Positions 10,865-21,064 of a stretch of DNA of 64,000 nt are shown in pieces (the stretch's first letter is position 1; the number at the start of each line of letters is the position of its first letter). Origin of the DNA: a virus (Duplodnaviria > Caudoviricetes); the IMG/VR virus record IMGVR_UViG_3300025575_000001, positions 1-64,000 of that record; one strand, given 5' to 3'. The notes under the pieces are model-generated. The model did no database searches. It saw only the letters and a program-made list of their open reading frames with translations, and was not told where the DNA came from. Made by a program: the position numbers and the translations under genes.

Positions 10865-13147
10865 TTACTTTTTATTAAATACATCTCCAAATCTCTAATC
10901 ATAATTCACTTTAAAGAACTAATCATTTCCTAAATAACTAGATTCTGATTCATCTGAACGTGAAGATAAGAGATTACCATTATACATAATCATTTTATCC
11001 TCTCTTAGTAACATCAACATAATGTTAGAGGAGACTCTATCAAAGTTACCTTCAGAGTTATATCCTATAAGTTCTTTAATTAAGGCCCTACATCTTATAT
11101 TGAATAGATTAGGCATAGTAACTTCCTGTTCTTCTCCATCAATTAATTCAACTCTAATTATAGGTTTCAATAACCAATTTCGTAAAAGAGTTCTTCCATA
11201 TGCATTTATAGGAGCTGTAGCCACAGTGCCTTTAGCTTTATTTCCAAATGCACTTCCTTTAATCATATCTTTATCCTTTAAGAAATCAAGTATATCTGTC
11301 AATAAATATAGACTATTCATCCTTGAGAAATAAGCAAACAATCCCTTTTTATTATTTTCATAATTCATTCTACCATTGTAGAATAGGCAGAGCCGTCTAG
11401 CCATCTCATAGAAGTCATCAGCATACTATGGTCTACCAGTATATTCAGCAACGTAACAGTCTGTCCATAAGTCTAATACAAATATAGAACCTAGAGATAG
11501 TGTATCAGCAGCATCATCATCATACGGGTCAGCGCTTAGTATATATCTATTAGCAAATATTTTACCCTATTTATCTTTCTCAGGCATCTTATAAATCTCT
11601 AAAGCTCCATGAATCTTATTGTCCTTATGAGGAAATTCCCTAATAGGCTATTCATTTCCAATCCTAAATTCAATTTCCCCAGTCTTACCTAGTGCTAATT
11701 CACCTACAAACACATCATCATATTCTCTAGGATTAGTGTCTAATTGAACTAATCTCTCAGTCAAATCCGCCATTGGAAACATATTTGCTCCAACTTTAAC
11801 AATAGCCTCAGCAGGGGTAATTGGAATTTCAGCAATGGTTTTAATAATTGTATTGGGATCAGATGAATTGTATTTAACCTTGAATCGATTCTTTAGGATC
11901 TATATAAGAGCACTAATCACATCAGATACTCCATCTTTATTCATACAGCCCTTCCTATTAATATATCCAGGAAAGAAAAATACAAAGTCTTTACGTCCTT
12001 GATTGAATTTGTCAAATACATTTGGGAGTGCATACATGTTATACCCCTTTGGATTATACATAATTTCCTAAGCCCCAGCAAAATCAGATTCATCATCCCC
12101 TGCAGTACCCAACATATAGATCTATCCAAATGCAATATCACCCTCTTGTACAGATGGAAGTAGTACATTATACAAATCCAATAGTCTGGGGAATGTACCC
12201 ATTTCTTCAATAAGGATATCACAAGCACGTTTACCACGTAACTTAGACTCATCGTCATTAGAGGATACACCAATTACTGAATTAAGAGTTCCTTTTTCAA
12301 TACCTAATTCAGCATCCTTATAACCCATTCTCCAAATCATATCCTACATACTATCTCTAAGACGTTTCCTAGGAAACTAAGTGTGTTCTGCACAGAAGTC
12401 CATCATAGGTACAAACTTGCTTAGAGTACCATCTTTACCAGACAAATACTCCTTACTAGAGGCAGTGATTACAGACATTGTATTTTTATAAGCAATATCA
12501 TTCTCACCAATTACTATGTTGTGGGCTAAGATTGATGCAAGACAATAGGATTTGGATTTACCACGACTAGCTAATTCAGCACAATGTTGACCTCCTTCCC
12601 AATTGTTGTATAAACCCCCATTCTTAGATTGATCTTTATAGTGGAATCTCCAATAAACTCCTTCCCATACATGAGGAAAATCTTGTATACGATTAGCTCT
12701 TTTAGTACCTTCAATCATCTCTGCAAGCATAATGGGAGAATAATTCAGGTAGAAATACATTAATCCTGTTATCCACTCTCCATCAGATTCTCTTACATAT
12801 CCATTCCAACATCTATCTCTTTCCTATCTAATCCACTTCCCAAATTCAGAATTGGGACTAGCATTAGGTTTAAGAGTAGTTAGAACTTGATGCTTCTTAA
12901 AGAATAGTGCTGTTGGTCTAAAGTAATCCATATCCTATAGAATATGTGGATTAACCAAATCAACTACAATTCGTCCCTATTTATCCCTGGGTCTATCCTT
13001 AGCATATCCTCTTTTAGGATCAATTAAAGTTCGTATAAAGGGTACATTATTAATCACATCAATCAACTAATCCTATACTTCCTATGGGAGTGTAGAGAGT
13101 AGTTCATCAGTAATTTCAGTCTAATATTTATTAACTTGTATATTCAT
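10865..13147 (-). CDS. terL: Terminase large subunit, TAG=Gln, 760 aa
   Basis: One frame from ATG 13147 to TAA 10865. Walker A ASRGKSKS, Walker B ILIEEMG, nuclease DPYD and GNFDRV. Track fragments 12377, 12122 and 10919 are in frame and end at TAG. Confidence 0.92.
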
Positions 13148-13149
13148 AA

Positions 13150-13704
13150 TTAACCATTTAGTGAATCCTCAAAGATAGACTTCTATCCTTGGCCTCGCAT
13201 TTTACCAATCTCTCTAAGTTCAGATGCAATTGCTTTTTCAGCCTCATCTAAATCCTTAGCTAAACTAGGTATTTGTTTAATTGTAGCAGTAACTGTATTT
13301 AGGGTATAAATAAGTTTACCCTTTTCATCCTTTTCTGTAAGATCAATTTCTCTAAGTAATATTCTTAATTTATCAACTGCAAATCGAGTATCCTCTAAAA
13401 GAAGCACAGAAGTTGGTTTAAAACTAGTGTAGAATGCAAGGGCTTCTTCAACCTATTTGTCTGGTTTCCAGTTATTTGGCAATCCTTCTCCTTCTTTAAT
13501 TGCATTCTTTCTATCATCTTCATCCGTGATATATTGGTAGTCACTTCTAGGATCAGCAAAGAAATAAATATATGCTAATTCTAAAAGAGCGGTATCTTTA
13601 TTTACACCTCTATCTCGATTCCAAATCTATCGAAAGGGTTTTAACATTAATGCTTCAGGTTCAATTGTAATTTTGAAACCTTCGTAGCGAAATAATTTAA
13701 TCAT
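13150..13704 (-). CDS. Conserved crAss protein upstream of TerL, TAG=Gln, 184 aa
   Basis: MIKLFRYEGFKITIEPEALMLKPFRQIWNRDR..YIYFFADPRSDY; in frame with track ORF 13183..13407; TAA at 13150. Confidence 0.8.
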
Positions 13705-13715
13705 TTTGTATAATG

Positions 13716-13746
13716 TAAAAAAGCCTGTTAAGTTAATAACAGGCTC
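13716..13746 (-). terminator. Intrinsic terminator
   Basis: AGCCTGTTA/TAACAGGCT hairpin followed by a T-run on the minus strand. Confidence 0.7.
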
Positions 13747-13752
13747 TGATTA

Positions 13753-14184
13753 TTAAATAATAATACTCTTTTTAGGTGGAACAATTACCTTTTGAACCAC
13801 TGGTTCGGGGTCGGCAATCTCTTCAAAATCTTCCACAATAAACTCTATATCACGATCCTGTAATAGAAGATATTGAATATCATTCATTGTAACTACATCA
13901 AAGTTGTAACTAGTCGTTACATTGTCCCCTAATACACCATCTTGTAGAGATCCTTCCTTATGCTTTTTAATAGCAAATCGGGTTGGATTAATACATACTA
14001 AATCTCCTATTTTAATTTCTCGTACAGCCCCTCCAATTGCAATAACTGTTTGATATTCCTTTAGTCCTGTTTTTGTTTTTGTGGGATCTATAATACCCCC
14101 GGCTGTGTATCTATCAGCATCATACTTGTCCATACTCGTCACCAGTGCGGTGAACATGGGTTTGATTTTCTTTATCTTTAGCAT
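13753..14184 (-). CDS. GroES-like co-chaperonin
   Basis: IKPM..TAGGII..TVIAIG..EIKIGDLV..YLLLQDRDI follows the GroES pattern. Confidence 0.7.
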   Translation of the reverse strand: MLKIKKIKPMFTALVTSMDKYDADRYTAGGIIDPTKTKTGLKEYQTVIAIGGAVREIKIGDLVCINPTRFAIKKHKEGSLQDGVLGDNVTTSYNFDVVTMNDIQYLLLQDRDIEFIVEDFEEIADPEPVVQKVIVPPKKSIII

Positions 14185-14443
14185 CTCTTAATTCGTTTAA
14201 TATTTCGTGTCTCTTTTTTATTTTCATCATTCCTTCCCAAGTGCAATTAAAATTGCCCAAAGAGGGTAAATTAAAATTGGTTCTTAACTTAGAGAATTCC
14301 TCTTCAGTTAAATCTTCTTTTAATGGTAAAGCCTTTATAGTCTCTTTGATAAACTACCAATAAGACAGATAAGCCTTATTTACTTCATCTACTGGTATAT
14401 TTAATTCTTTTGCAACCTAATCAAACACTTGGAAGTAGTTCAT
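14120..14443 (-). CDS. IHF/HU-like DNA-binding protein, TAG=Gln; absent from ORF track
   Basis: MNYFQVFDQVAKELNIPVDEVNKAY..NFNLPSLGNF with 2 TAGs; ends at TGA 14120. Confidence 0.7.
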
Positions 14444-14823
14444 TTTAATTCAAAAAGTATTAACAGTTTAAAAACCCCCTCATCCTCCTCTATAGAAGGA
14501 ATAAATCTAGGATTAATCTTATTGTCTATAATAACTTTACCTTTTCTCAGTTTGCCCATAATCACTTGAAAATGAGCAAGACTTATCTTACATTCCTCTC
14601 TAACCTTACGTTTAGTTTCATCACTCATAGTAACTCTATCTAATATGTCATTATCTTTAATCACCTTACTCAAGGCATGTCGCTCTTTTACAAAAGCCGT
14701 GATAACATCAATTTCTCTCTCAGTTAAATGATGAAAGGGTTGTAAGAACTCAAACCAATATCTAAAAAACTTACCATCTATGGATGTAGGAATGCGCACT
14801 ACATTGTTAGCATTCTTACTCAT
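14440..14823 (-). CDS. Conserved crAss protein, possible HTH
   Basis: Track ORF 127 aa, HLTEREIDV. Confidence 0.7.
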   Translation of the reverse strand: MSKNANNVVRIPTSIDGKFFRYWFEFLQPFHHLTEREIDVITAFVKERHALSKVIKDNDILDRVTMSDETKRKVREECKISLAHFQVIMGKLRKGKVIIDNKINPRFIPSIEEDEGVFKLLILFELK

Positions 14824-14828
14824 GATTC

Positions 14829-15104
14829 TTATACAGTTTTAGGTTCTACTTGAGGTTGTTCCTCTGGTAGTGTAATGATTGTACTAATTTCTGCAGCAGA
14901 TGTTGCTACAAATTCAGGTAGAAAATAATCAGAGAATTCCAATACTTTAAACAAATAATCTAAACGTTTGAATGCATTTGTCATATTAGTTTCTTGCAAC
15001 TGTGTATACAATTTTTTAGACTGTTCACTTAGTTGATGAGCTATGTTGTTTAATTCCTCATAAGACATTTTTTCTTCCTTTGCCTCTTTAACTTCTTTTG
15101 CCAT
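14829..15104 (-). CDS. Hypothetical protein
   Basis: Track ORF in a packed operon. Confidence 0.7.
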   Translation of the reverse strand: MAKEVKEAKEEKMSYEELNNIAHQLSEQSKKLYTQLQETNMTNAFKRLDYLFKVLEFSDYFLPEFVATSAAEISTIITLPEEQPQVEPKTV

Positions 15105-15105
15105 A

Positions 15106-15291
15106 TTATTTTTTATTTAAAAATTTAAACCCATGTTTTTGTTCATAAGCAGTTTCCCACTCTAAAAAATTCATTTCTGCTGTGTCGGTGTTTCCACAAT
15201 CATCACAGTAATCAGTTTCATCAATTATTCTTATAGCTAGAGATAAACAATTCTTACAGTATGTTACTGGTTCAAGATTGTAATCTGACAT
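15106..15291 (-). CDS. Small Zn-ribbon protein
   Basis: CKNC..CDDC. Confidence 0.7.
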   Translation of the reverse strand: MSDYNLEPVTYCKNCLSLAIRIIDETDYCDDCGNTDTAEMNFLEWETAYEQKHGFKFLNKK

Positions 15292-15568
15292 TCTCTAAAT
15301 GCTCTATATACCTTCCATATATTTGTTTCTTTAATTCGTTAGTTACTCTGCTATGTATTCCTATTCTCTTACTACTATTACCCCTATTATTGAAGGGTTT
15401 GTCTGGAGCAACTAATCCAATATCAGTTACATGCCCTCTTCTGATTGCTCTATTAACTGATTTAAATTTAGTTATTGCTTCAAAGGTCTTTAGTCCTCTA
15501 GTATCATTTAAATACTTCTCAAATTCTTCTTGAGCCATTAGTTCTCTTTCAACTACTTCTTCTTCCAT
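15272..15568 (-). CDS. Hypothetical protein
   Basis: Track ORF overlapping neighbours. Confidence 0.65.
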   Translation of the reverse strand: MEEEVVERELMAQEEFEKYLNDTRGLKTFEAITKFKSVNRAIRRGHVTDIGLVAPDKPFNNRGNSSKRIGIHSRVTNELKKQIYGRYIEHLENVRLQS

Positions 15569-15720
15569 TATTTAAAGTATATGAGTGTATATGAACCTTC
15601 TCCTTCTCTTATCACTTGAAACAAACTCTCTTTACTAAGATTGTTTGCATTTACAAAATCACATATTTCCCTATATGTATTTGCTTGAAATACTTTCATT
15701 TTCTACTCTCCCATTGCCAT
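15568..15720 (-). CDS. Small protein, one TAG=Gln
   Basis: MAMGEQKMKVFQANTYREIC..; exactly fills the gap, and its stop overlaps the next ATG. Confidence 0.55.
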
Positions 15721-15721
15721 A

Positions 15722-16147
15722 TTAACCTTTACAGAGTTTAAAGAGATATGTGAATTTATTCAAATCATGAATAAATACTTCTGTTTCACTTCTAATTCCA
15801 GACATCTCTGCTTTGACTTCAAGTCCATCATAGAAGGTATTAACCTTTTCCTTTAAACCTTCCAAAGTAGATAGAGGATCAATGTGTGAGCAAGGAACCC
15901 CTGAAATTACATTAGGAGCCATCTTACCATATATACCCATACAGTCTTCTGCAATAGAGTCTTGATAACTATCTATAGTTCCTAAGAGTTCATCCAATTT
16001 AACATGTATGTTTAAACCAAATGCTGCCCAATGCAGATTTTTAATTTTGGTTTTGTATCCCTCTAGGATGTTGAGGTAATTAATGAAGTAACCTACTCCT
16101 GAGTTGACCAATTCTTTTTCCTAGTATTCGCTTATTAGTGTTTCCAT
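15722..16147 (-). CDS. Ferritin/Dps-like four-helix protein, one TAG=Gln
   Basis: KNLHWAA..IHVKLDE..DSIAE motifs. ATG 16147 (overlapping the upstream stop) is in frame through TAG 16121-16123. Confidence 0.75.
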
Positions 16148-17067
16148 TATTTAGGAATTCTTGTTATTAATGATTTCATTTTTTCTTTTGATAAAACATT
16201 CACTCTACCCCTACTTACCGCACCACATTTGCATCTAAATAATTCATATTTAGCAGTTTGAGTATAGTGGAATCCATCCATTTTTGTTAGATAAGTACTA
16301 CCACAATTAGCACAAACAGGTTCATTAGAGTCAATGTACATACCTACATTAGGATGATTTTTAATCCAGGGTCTTAATTTGAGGTAGACTTCTTCAAGGA
16401 TTGCAACATCCTTTTCGTTGTATACATTCATATATGTAAGAGATTCTTGATCTCCATCCATACACTTAGACCATAATTCAAATCCAGTGTGTAACTTATG
16501 GTCAATCCCAAAGTATCCTGCAAGAGCATCTAACTTATTAGAACTGAATCCAAATTGTTTTTTTACAACTTGCAGAGTATCAATCTGTTGATAAGGTTTA
16601 GTAGGGTTCAACCCATTGAGTAAGAATCTACTGTTAATTTTAGGTATATCAAATTTCATACCATTATGAGCGATTATAATATCAGCTTCATTCATTATTT
16701 CCCATAAGGATTTCATAATCCTACAATCATCTTCTACTTTAACTTCTTCGGGAGTTAAAACATCTGACATTATTTCCACAGAGAATAACCATTTAGCTGA
16801 CCAAGAGATACAGAACCATTCTCCTATAGTTTGATCTAAATAAATATTTTGTTGCCATCTACCCCATACATAAGCTTTTAGAGGAGAGGTTTCAATGTCT
16901 AGGATTAGAATCTTAGGTATATGCGTTGTCTCTTTTCTAATTGACTTTTTAGCTAAATAAATAGTATCTCTTGTAGTCTTAAAAATTCTTGCCAATGAAC
17001 CAGCACCCATATTCAAAAGATAAGGTTTCTTATTCATTGCTTCAATTACTTGTTTTAATTCTGCCAT
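16147..17067 (-). CDS. DnaQ/RNase_H_2-family 3'-5' exonuclease with C-terminal Zn finger
   Basis: LDIET, AHNGMKFD, YNEKDV; CANC..CKC. Confidence 0.8.
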   Translation of the reverse strand: MAELKQVIEAMNKKPYLLNMGAGSLARIFKTTRDTIYLAKKSIRKETTHIPKILILDIETSPLKAYVWGRWQQNIYLDQTIGEWFCISWSAKWLFSVEIMSDVLTPEEVKVEDDCRIMKSLWEIMNEADIIIAHNGMKFDIPKINSRFLLNGLNPTKPYQQIDTLQVVKKQFGFSSNKLDALAGYFGIDHKLHTGFELWSKCMDGDQESLTYMNVYNEKDVAILEEVYLKLRPWIKNHPNVGMYIDSNEPVCANCGSTYLTKMDGFHYTQTAKYELFRCKCGAVSRGRVNVLSKEKMKSLITRIPK

Positions 17068-17068
17068 T

Positions 17069-17392
17069 TTATTTTTTTAATTCTTCAGTTTTTACTTCAA
17101 CTACTATTGCTTGTTCAGCAACCGGTGATTCTGAAACATTTTCTTTTGTTTCAACTACAACTACCTTATCAACTACAGGTGGTTCTACTTGAGCAAACAA
17201 GAATGTTGATATAGAAGTAGTTGCAAAAGTTACAATACCAACAACCATAATTAGAGTTGATTGTAATCCAAATGCAGCACATGCAGCAATACCTGCTCCT
17301 AAAGCTACAGAAATATCTCTAAAAAGTTTAGCCCATTTCTTATATTTATCAGGAGTGGGGGCTTGAAGTCTTTTAATTACATTCATATTCAA
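17069..17392 (-). CDS. Two-TM membrane protein (holin-like)
   Basis: RLQAPTP followed by two hydrophobic segments. Confidence 0.55.
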   Translation of the reverse strand: MNMNVIKRLQAPTPDKYKKWAKLFRDISVALGAGIAACAAFGLQSTLIMVVGIVTFATTSISTFLFAQVEPPVVDKVVVVETKENVSESPVAEQAIVVEVKTEELKK

Positions 17393-17402
17393 TTTATTTA
17401 AT

Positions 17403-17478
17403 TGGAGCCTTTAGTAGGAGTTGAACCCACGACAATCGCCTTACAAAGGCACTGCTCTGACCACTGAGCTATAAAGGC
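17403..17478 (-). tRNA. tRNA-Thr(UGU)
   Basis: GCCTTTATAGCTCAGTGGTCAGAGC..TTTGTAA loop..GTGGGTTCAACTCCTAC TAAAGGC T CCA. Confidence 0.9.
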
Positions 17479-17729
17479 ATTTCCCCACGACTTTAGCTTT
17501 GGGGACTCTACATGCGCTCAACACCATGTATCAGCTAACTGGGGTCCTGTCTAGAATGGCCCAGTGCACTCAACTACGTTTGCTAGCGTTGACTAGTAGA
17601 GGTTAGGTTGGTACAATAAGAGAGGGGACTACGGAAGCACTGCTGCTCCCTAGCAAGTTTTATTATTTAATGTGGAGTTCCTCATACTCCATTACAGTTT
17701 TTATCCCCTCTTAAGATTTTTAATTTAAT

Positions 17730-17803
17730 TGGTTGCCCCACCAAGATTTGAACTCAGACAAGAGGATCTAGAGGCCTCTGTGCTACCGTTACACCATAGG
17801 GCA
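17730..17803 (-). tRNA. Amber suppressor tRNA (anticodon CUA), tRNA-Gln body
   Basis: TGCCCTATGGTGTAACGGTAGCACAGAGGC CTCTAGA TCCTCTTGTCTGAGTTCAAATCTTGGTGGGGCAACCA; U1-A72 pair and Gln-like D arm; CCA encoded. Confidence 0.92.
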
Positions 17804-17811
17804 TTATTAAA

Positions 17812-18204
17812 TTATCGTACTATAAAACACTCTTGAAGCATCTTGTCCTTTTCAGAATCAGAATAACTCTTCCATACTTCAAAGAAGTCTACTCCATTTT
17901 CATTGAAGAAAAGTGTGTATTGATCCATTGTATTAGAGAAGTATACTTGTCCTTTAGAGAAGCCAAAAGTACATTCCTTCAAAAACTTTTGAACTAATTC
18001 TTTTTTATAGTCACCTAATTGATAAATTCGTTCTTTTAGAATTTCATTGTAGTGACTCATAACTCTTGCTTGCTCTTTTAATAGACTCTGTTGATTTGGT
18101 GTGCCAGTTAGAAAAGTCTTAGACTCTAGGAATGATAATAGTTTATTCAACTTATTCTCAAGTTCTTCTTGTTCAGTAATTAGACGTGATTTGAAATCTT
18201 CCAT
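17812..18204 (-). CDS. crAss001_48-like protein
   Basis: RLITEQEELENKLNKL..LLKEQARVMSHYNEILKERI pattern. Confidence 0.65.
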   Translation of the reverse strand: MEDFKSRLITEQEELENKLNKLLSFLESKTFLTGTPNQQSLLKEQARVMSHYNEILKERIYQLGDYKKELVQKFLKECTFGFSKGQVYFSNTMDQYTLFFNENGVDFFEVWKSYSDSEKDKMLQECFIVR

Positions 18205-18228
18205 ATTTCTTTGTTTTTAATAATAATA

Positions 18229-18260
18229 CAAAGATAAGTAAAAAAATCCAGACTACCAAA
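18229..18260 (-). promoter_or_regulatory. Bacteroidota sigma promoter upstream of the suppressor tRNA
   Basis: TTTG-N20-TATCTTTG; near-identical copy at 20035-20066. Confidence 0.8.
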
Positions 18261-18288
18261 TATTTTGACACTTATTTTTAAATTATTT

Positions 18289-18498
18289 TTATTTTTTACA
18301 TATATTAGGACTACCAGTCATATAAGTAGTCATTCCTGGTTCTCTTATTTGTTCTCTATTAGATTGACACATGGGACATTTACACCCACTATCAATCACT
18401 CTACCCTCTCCTTTGTCATAGTAAAGGGTAACATTGTTTTCAATCATTGTAGTCTCATAGAGAGAACATTGATTGTTTAGGCATTTATATATCGGCAT
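18289..18498 (-). CDS. Small Zn-ribbon protein (FmdB-like)
   Basis: MPIYKCLNNQC..CPMC. Confidence 0.65.
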   Translation of the reverse strand: MPIYKCLNNQCSLYETTMIENNVTLYYDKGEGRVIDSGCKCPMCQSNREQIREPGMTTYMTGSPNICKK

Positions 18499-18513
18499 AT
18501 TATTTGTTGATTA

Positions 18514-18539
18514 AAAAAGCCCCTCTTGGTAGAGAGGCT
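18514..18539 (-). terminator. Intrinsic terminator
   Basis: AGCCTCTCT..AGAGGGGCT hairpin followed by TTTTTT on the minus strand. Confidence 0.6.
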
Positions 18540-18545
18540 GTTTGT

Positions 18546-18833
18546 TTAGAGTTTTTCAAATGTTTTACCCGAATCAGTCATAATGAAATAGCTATAATTT
18601 CTATTAATATTATTTGAACATACAAAGAATGTAGTTCCATTATTTCCATAGATAATAGATTCAACACCCAATTTATCTTCTGTTGGCCAATCTTTTAATG
18701 TTTCTTCAAATTCTTTTGAACATCCCTTTTTTATATGGGAATATGATTCTCCTAGTTCAAAGTTTTCAATAACTGATTCAAAAGGAATCTTTTCATTCTC
18801 CCGCGTTTCTTCGATAATTCTTAATGTATACAT
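18546..18833 (-). CDS. Hypothetical protein
   Basis: Track ORF 95 aa. Confidence 0.65.
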   Translation of the reverse strand: MYTLRIIEETRENEKIPFESVIENFELGESYSHIKKGCSKEFEETLKDWPTEDKLGVESIIYGNNGTTFFVCSNNINRNYSYFIMTDSGKTFEKL

Positions 18834-19174
18834 ATATTTATAAATTTATTTTTGTATCTGATTCGCAGTACAGATACTTAACTGTTCATTTCCAATTGAT
18901 ATTATCTTTTTTCACATTCCATACATGAACAGCAGTAGTTACTCCTTTATCATTCTTAAAGGATTTAAACTCATACACTTCTTTTTCCTTCTTTACTTTC
19001 TTCTCCATTGTTTTTTATTTTTCAAATTAGGTGTGTTGTCAACGTATTTATCAACTTCTTTAAAATACTTTTTCATCTTATCATACTCATCTTTTCTAAT
19101 CCAACTCCCTGGAATTTTGGTAAATGGATTTGGTGATAAGATTGTATCGTGATCTGATTTTGTTTCCATTGCTT

Positions 19175-19621
19175 TTAAATAAAATCGTTTAACTTCTTAA
19201 ATACTTTCATGAGATCTTTCATCTCATCATTTGTATATCTTAAAACTCTGTATCCTATATTCTCTAGAAGAAGAGTTCTATATGCATCTTTAATTGTTTG
19301 TTCAGGTGTTGTATGATACCCACCATCAATCTCTATTAGTACCTTAGTGCCTTTAATAGCAAAATCAGCAATATAAAATTTCTCTATGAGAGAACCTTTA
19401 TACAAGTAGACTATTTTCTGTTTCTCTAAAGGAATCTTAAACTTAGAGAGAAACTTATAAAATACTTCTTCAGCTCCTGTAGAATTATCTAATAGCTTTT
19501 GTCTATTCTCTTCAGCTACTCTCCTGTAAAAGGTATTATTATCTTCTTTGATAGGTTCTACTTGTTTTGGGGTCGTGCCCGTAAGAGATCCTTTCTTTAA
19601 CTTAAACTTCTTTACATTCAT
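19175..19621 (-). CDS. DUF559/Vsr-like endonuclease
   Basis: YIADF..IEIDGGYH..DAYRT..GYRVLRYTN. Confidence 0.85.
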   Translation of the reverse strand: MNVKKFKLKKGSLTGTTPKQVEPIKEDNNTFYRRVAEENRQKLLDNSTGAEEVFYKFLSKFKIPLEKQKIVYLYKGSLIEKFYIADFAIKGTKVLIEIDGGYHTTPEQTIKDAYRTLLLENIGYRVLRYTNDEMKDLMKVFKKLNDFI

Positions 19622-19938
19622 TCTTTTCTAACTTATTTTGCATAAGAAGTCCTAGGCAGGGTTTCTCAATCCTACTAGACACAACCTATTGGTTTATTAA
19701 CTTACAACTTCGTAAACCCCGTCTTCATCATTTCTGACTATCCCTCTGAGAACTTTATCCTGTACCTTTTTGCAACTGCTTTGGTGTCTCAAATTTACTT
19801 ATAAATAAGTCATTTTCGTTTGTATCGGTGACATCTCAACATTTAAGTTTACAAACCGACTTCTGTTCCTTTTCTACAAATCCTCTTCAGTCTGTATTAT
19901 AGGAAGTAATGATTAACAGTATAATCATCAAACTTTCG

Positions 19939-19946
19939 CAAAGGTA
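19939..19946 (-). promoter_or_regulatory. Bacteroidota -7 promoter box (TACCTTTG)
   Basis: Consensus match at the head of the late arm. Confidence 0.6.
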
Positions 19947-20034
19947 AAACTAATTTTTTAAATATCCTAATAAATAAGTGATTTATTTATATCAATATAA
20001 ATTTAATTGTTTATTCTATCTTTTACTAATACTA

Positions 20035-20066
20035 CAAAGATAAGTATTTTTTTCGAGACTACCAAA
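20035..20066 (-). promoter_or_regulatory. Bacteroidota sigma promoter
   Basis: TTTG-N20-TATCTTTG, duplicate of 18229-18260. Confidence 0.75.
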
Positions 20067-20292
20067 TATTTAGAGGATTATTTTTGAGAAATTTTAAATT
20101 ATTTTTTTAGAATATTTTTAAAAGTTATTTTTATGGGTGGATGTGTAGGATAAATTATTTTTTAGAAAATATTGCTATGAGTGTAGGTAACTATAGATGA
20201 ACCTCCCCACCACAAAAACAAATTGGGTCATCCCCCCGGCATCAAATCCAAACAATCCAATTTAAACAATTCAATCATTCCAAATTAACCTT

Positions 20293-20974
20293 AGAAGCAA
20301 ATCCCTCATTACCTATCTCTCAGGCACTCATAATGTCTACTACACCACATAACTAATAACATTAACCCTTAATACATACACCTTATGTACAATCTAACCC
20401 TTATTAACCTTGATACTTTAGTATTAAGCAATCTATTAAACACATCATCTAAGGCAATGCTAATTGCTAAGTTAGTCACTTACCTTACTGAATTAGGCTT
20501 AACAGAGAGTACTGTTGTAATATCACACAAGGATGGTGTATACTGTCTTATGTTCTATCATCCTACACTCAATGCATTCTGTGTATTGAAGTTGAGTAAG
20601 ATTTAACAGATATACTGAGTTCATACAGGGTAAGTACATACTTACTTTGTGTGGACTTACTTATCAAAAAATCCCCGACATGCTACTGCATGGCGAGCAT
20701 ATGTAAGTGATTAATAATTACACCTATATTATATAGCGTTATAATGTAGCTCTTATAGGATTAATAAATAAATCTATGCGCTTTACTAAATTGCCTTATT
20801 TATCTTTTTTCCCCTACAGGAGACACTTACCTCACATACACTTACTCTGTTTAAATTCCACCTGGCTCCGCTCAATATATCTGCTTAAATTTGTGAATGT
20901 TTTGTACTGGTTCTATAGCTCGCTTCGCTCGCCTAAATTTTCCACTTTAACAATTTAAAGAAGCAAATCCCTCA
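20293..20974 (+). repeat. Direct repeat AGAAGCAAATCCCTCA (20293-20308, 20959-20974; partial copy at 21482)
   Basis: 16-nt identical copies, each upstream of one of the first rightward genes. Confidence 0.8.
20385..20606 (+). CDS. Hypothetical protein
   Basis: Track ORF 73 aa. Confidence 0.45.
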   Translation: MYNLTLINLDTLVLSNLLNTSSKAMLIAKLVTYLTELGLTESTVVISHKDGVYCLMFYHPTLNAFCVLKLSKI

Positions 20975-21064
20975 CTCCCTTTCCTTCAGCCCGCACCTAA
21001 TTCGAGTTAGTAGGTGCAATCAATGCAATATTGCAAAATAAATCCTTTTAATAAATTAGAAATC

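Noticed and set aside
11941-12273. 110-aa minus-strand ORF inside TerL
   Set aside because: Alternative frame of TerL with no independent support
2943-14443. TGA reassignment
   Set aside because: TGA acts as a normal stop, overlapping the next ATG at 2943 and 14440
95-16147. Late genes as pseudogenes or a decayed prophage
   Set aside because: Interruptions are exclusively TAG, frames are preserved, and a suppressor tRNA is present
105-19152. Plus-strand track ORFs over the late arm (e.g. 105..512, 770..1210, 6831..7169, 11022..11333)
   Set aside because: Antisense shadows of the minus-strand genes, with no recognisable motifs
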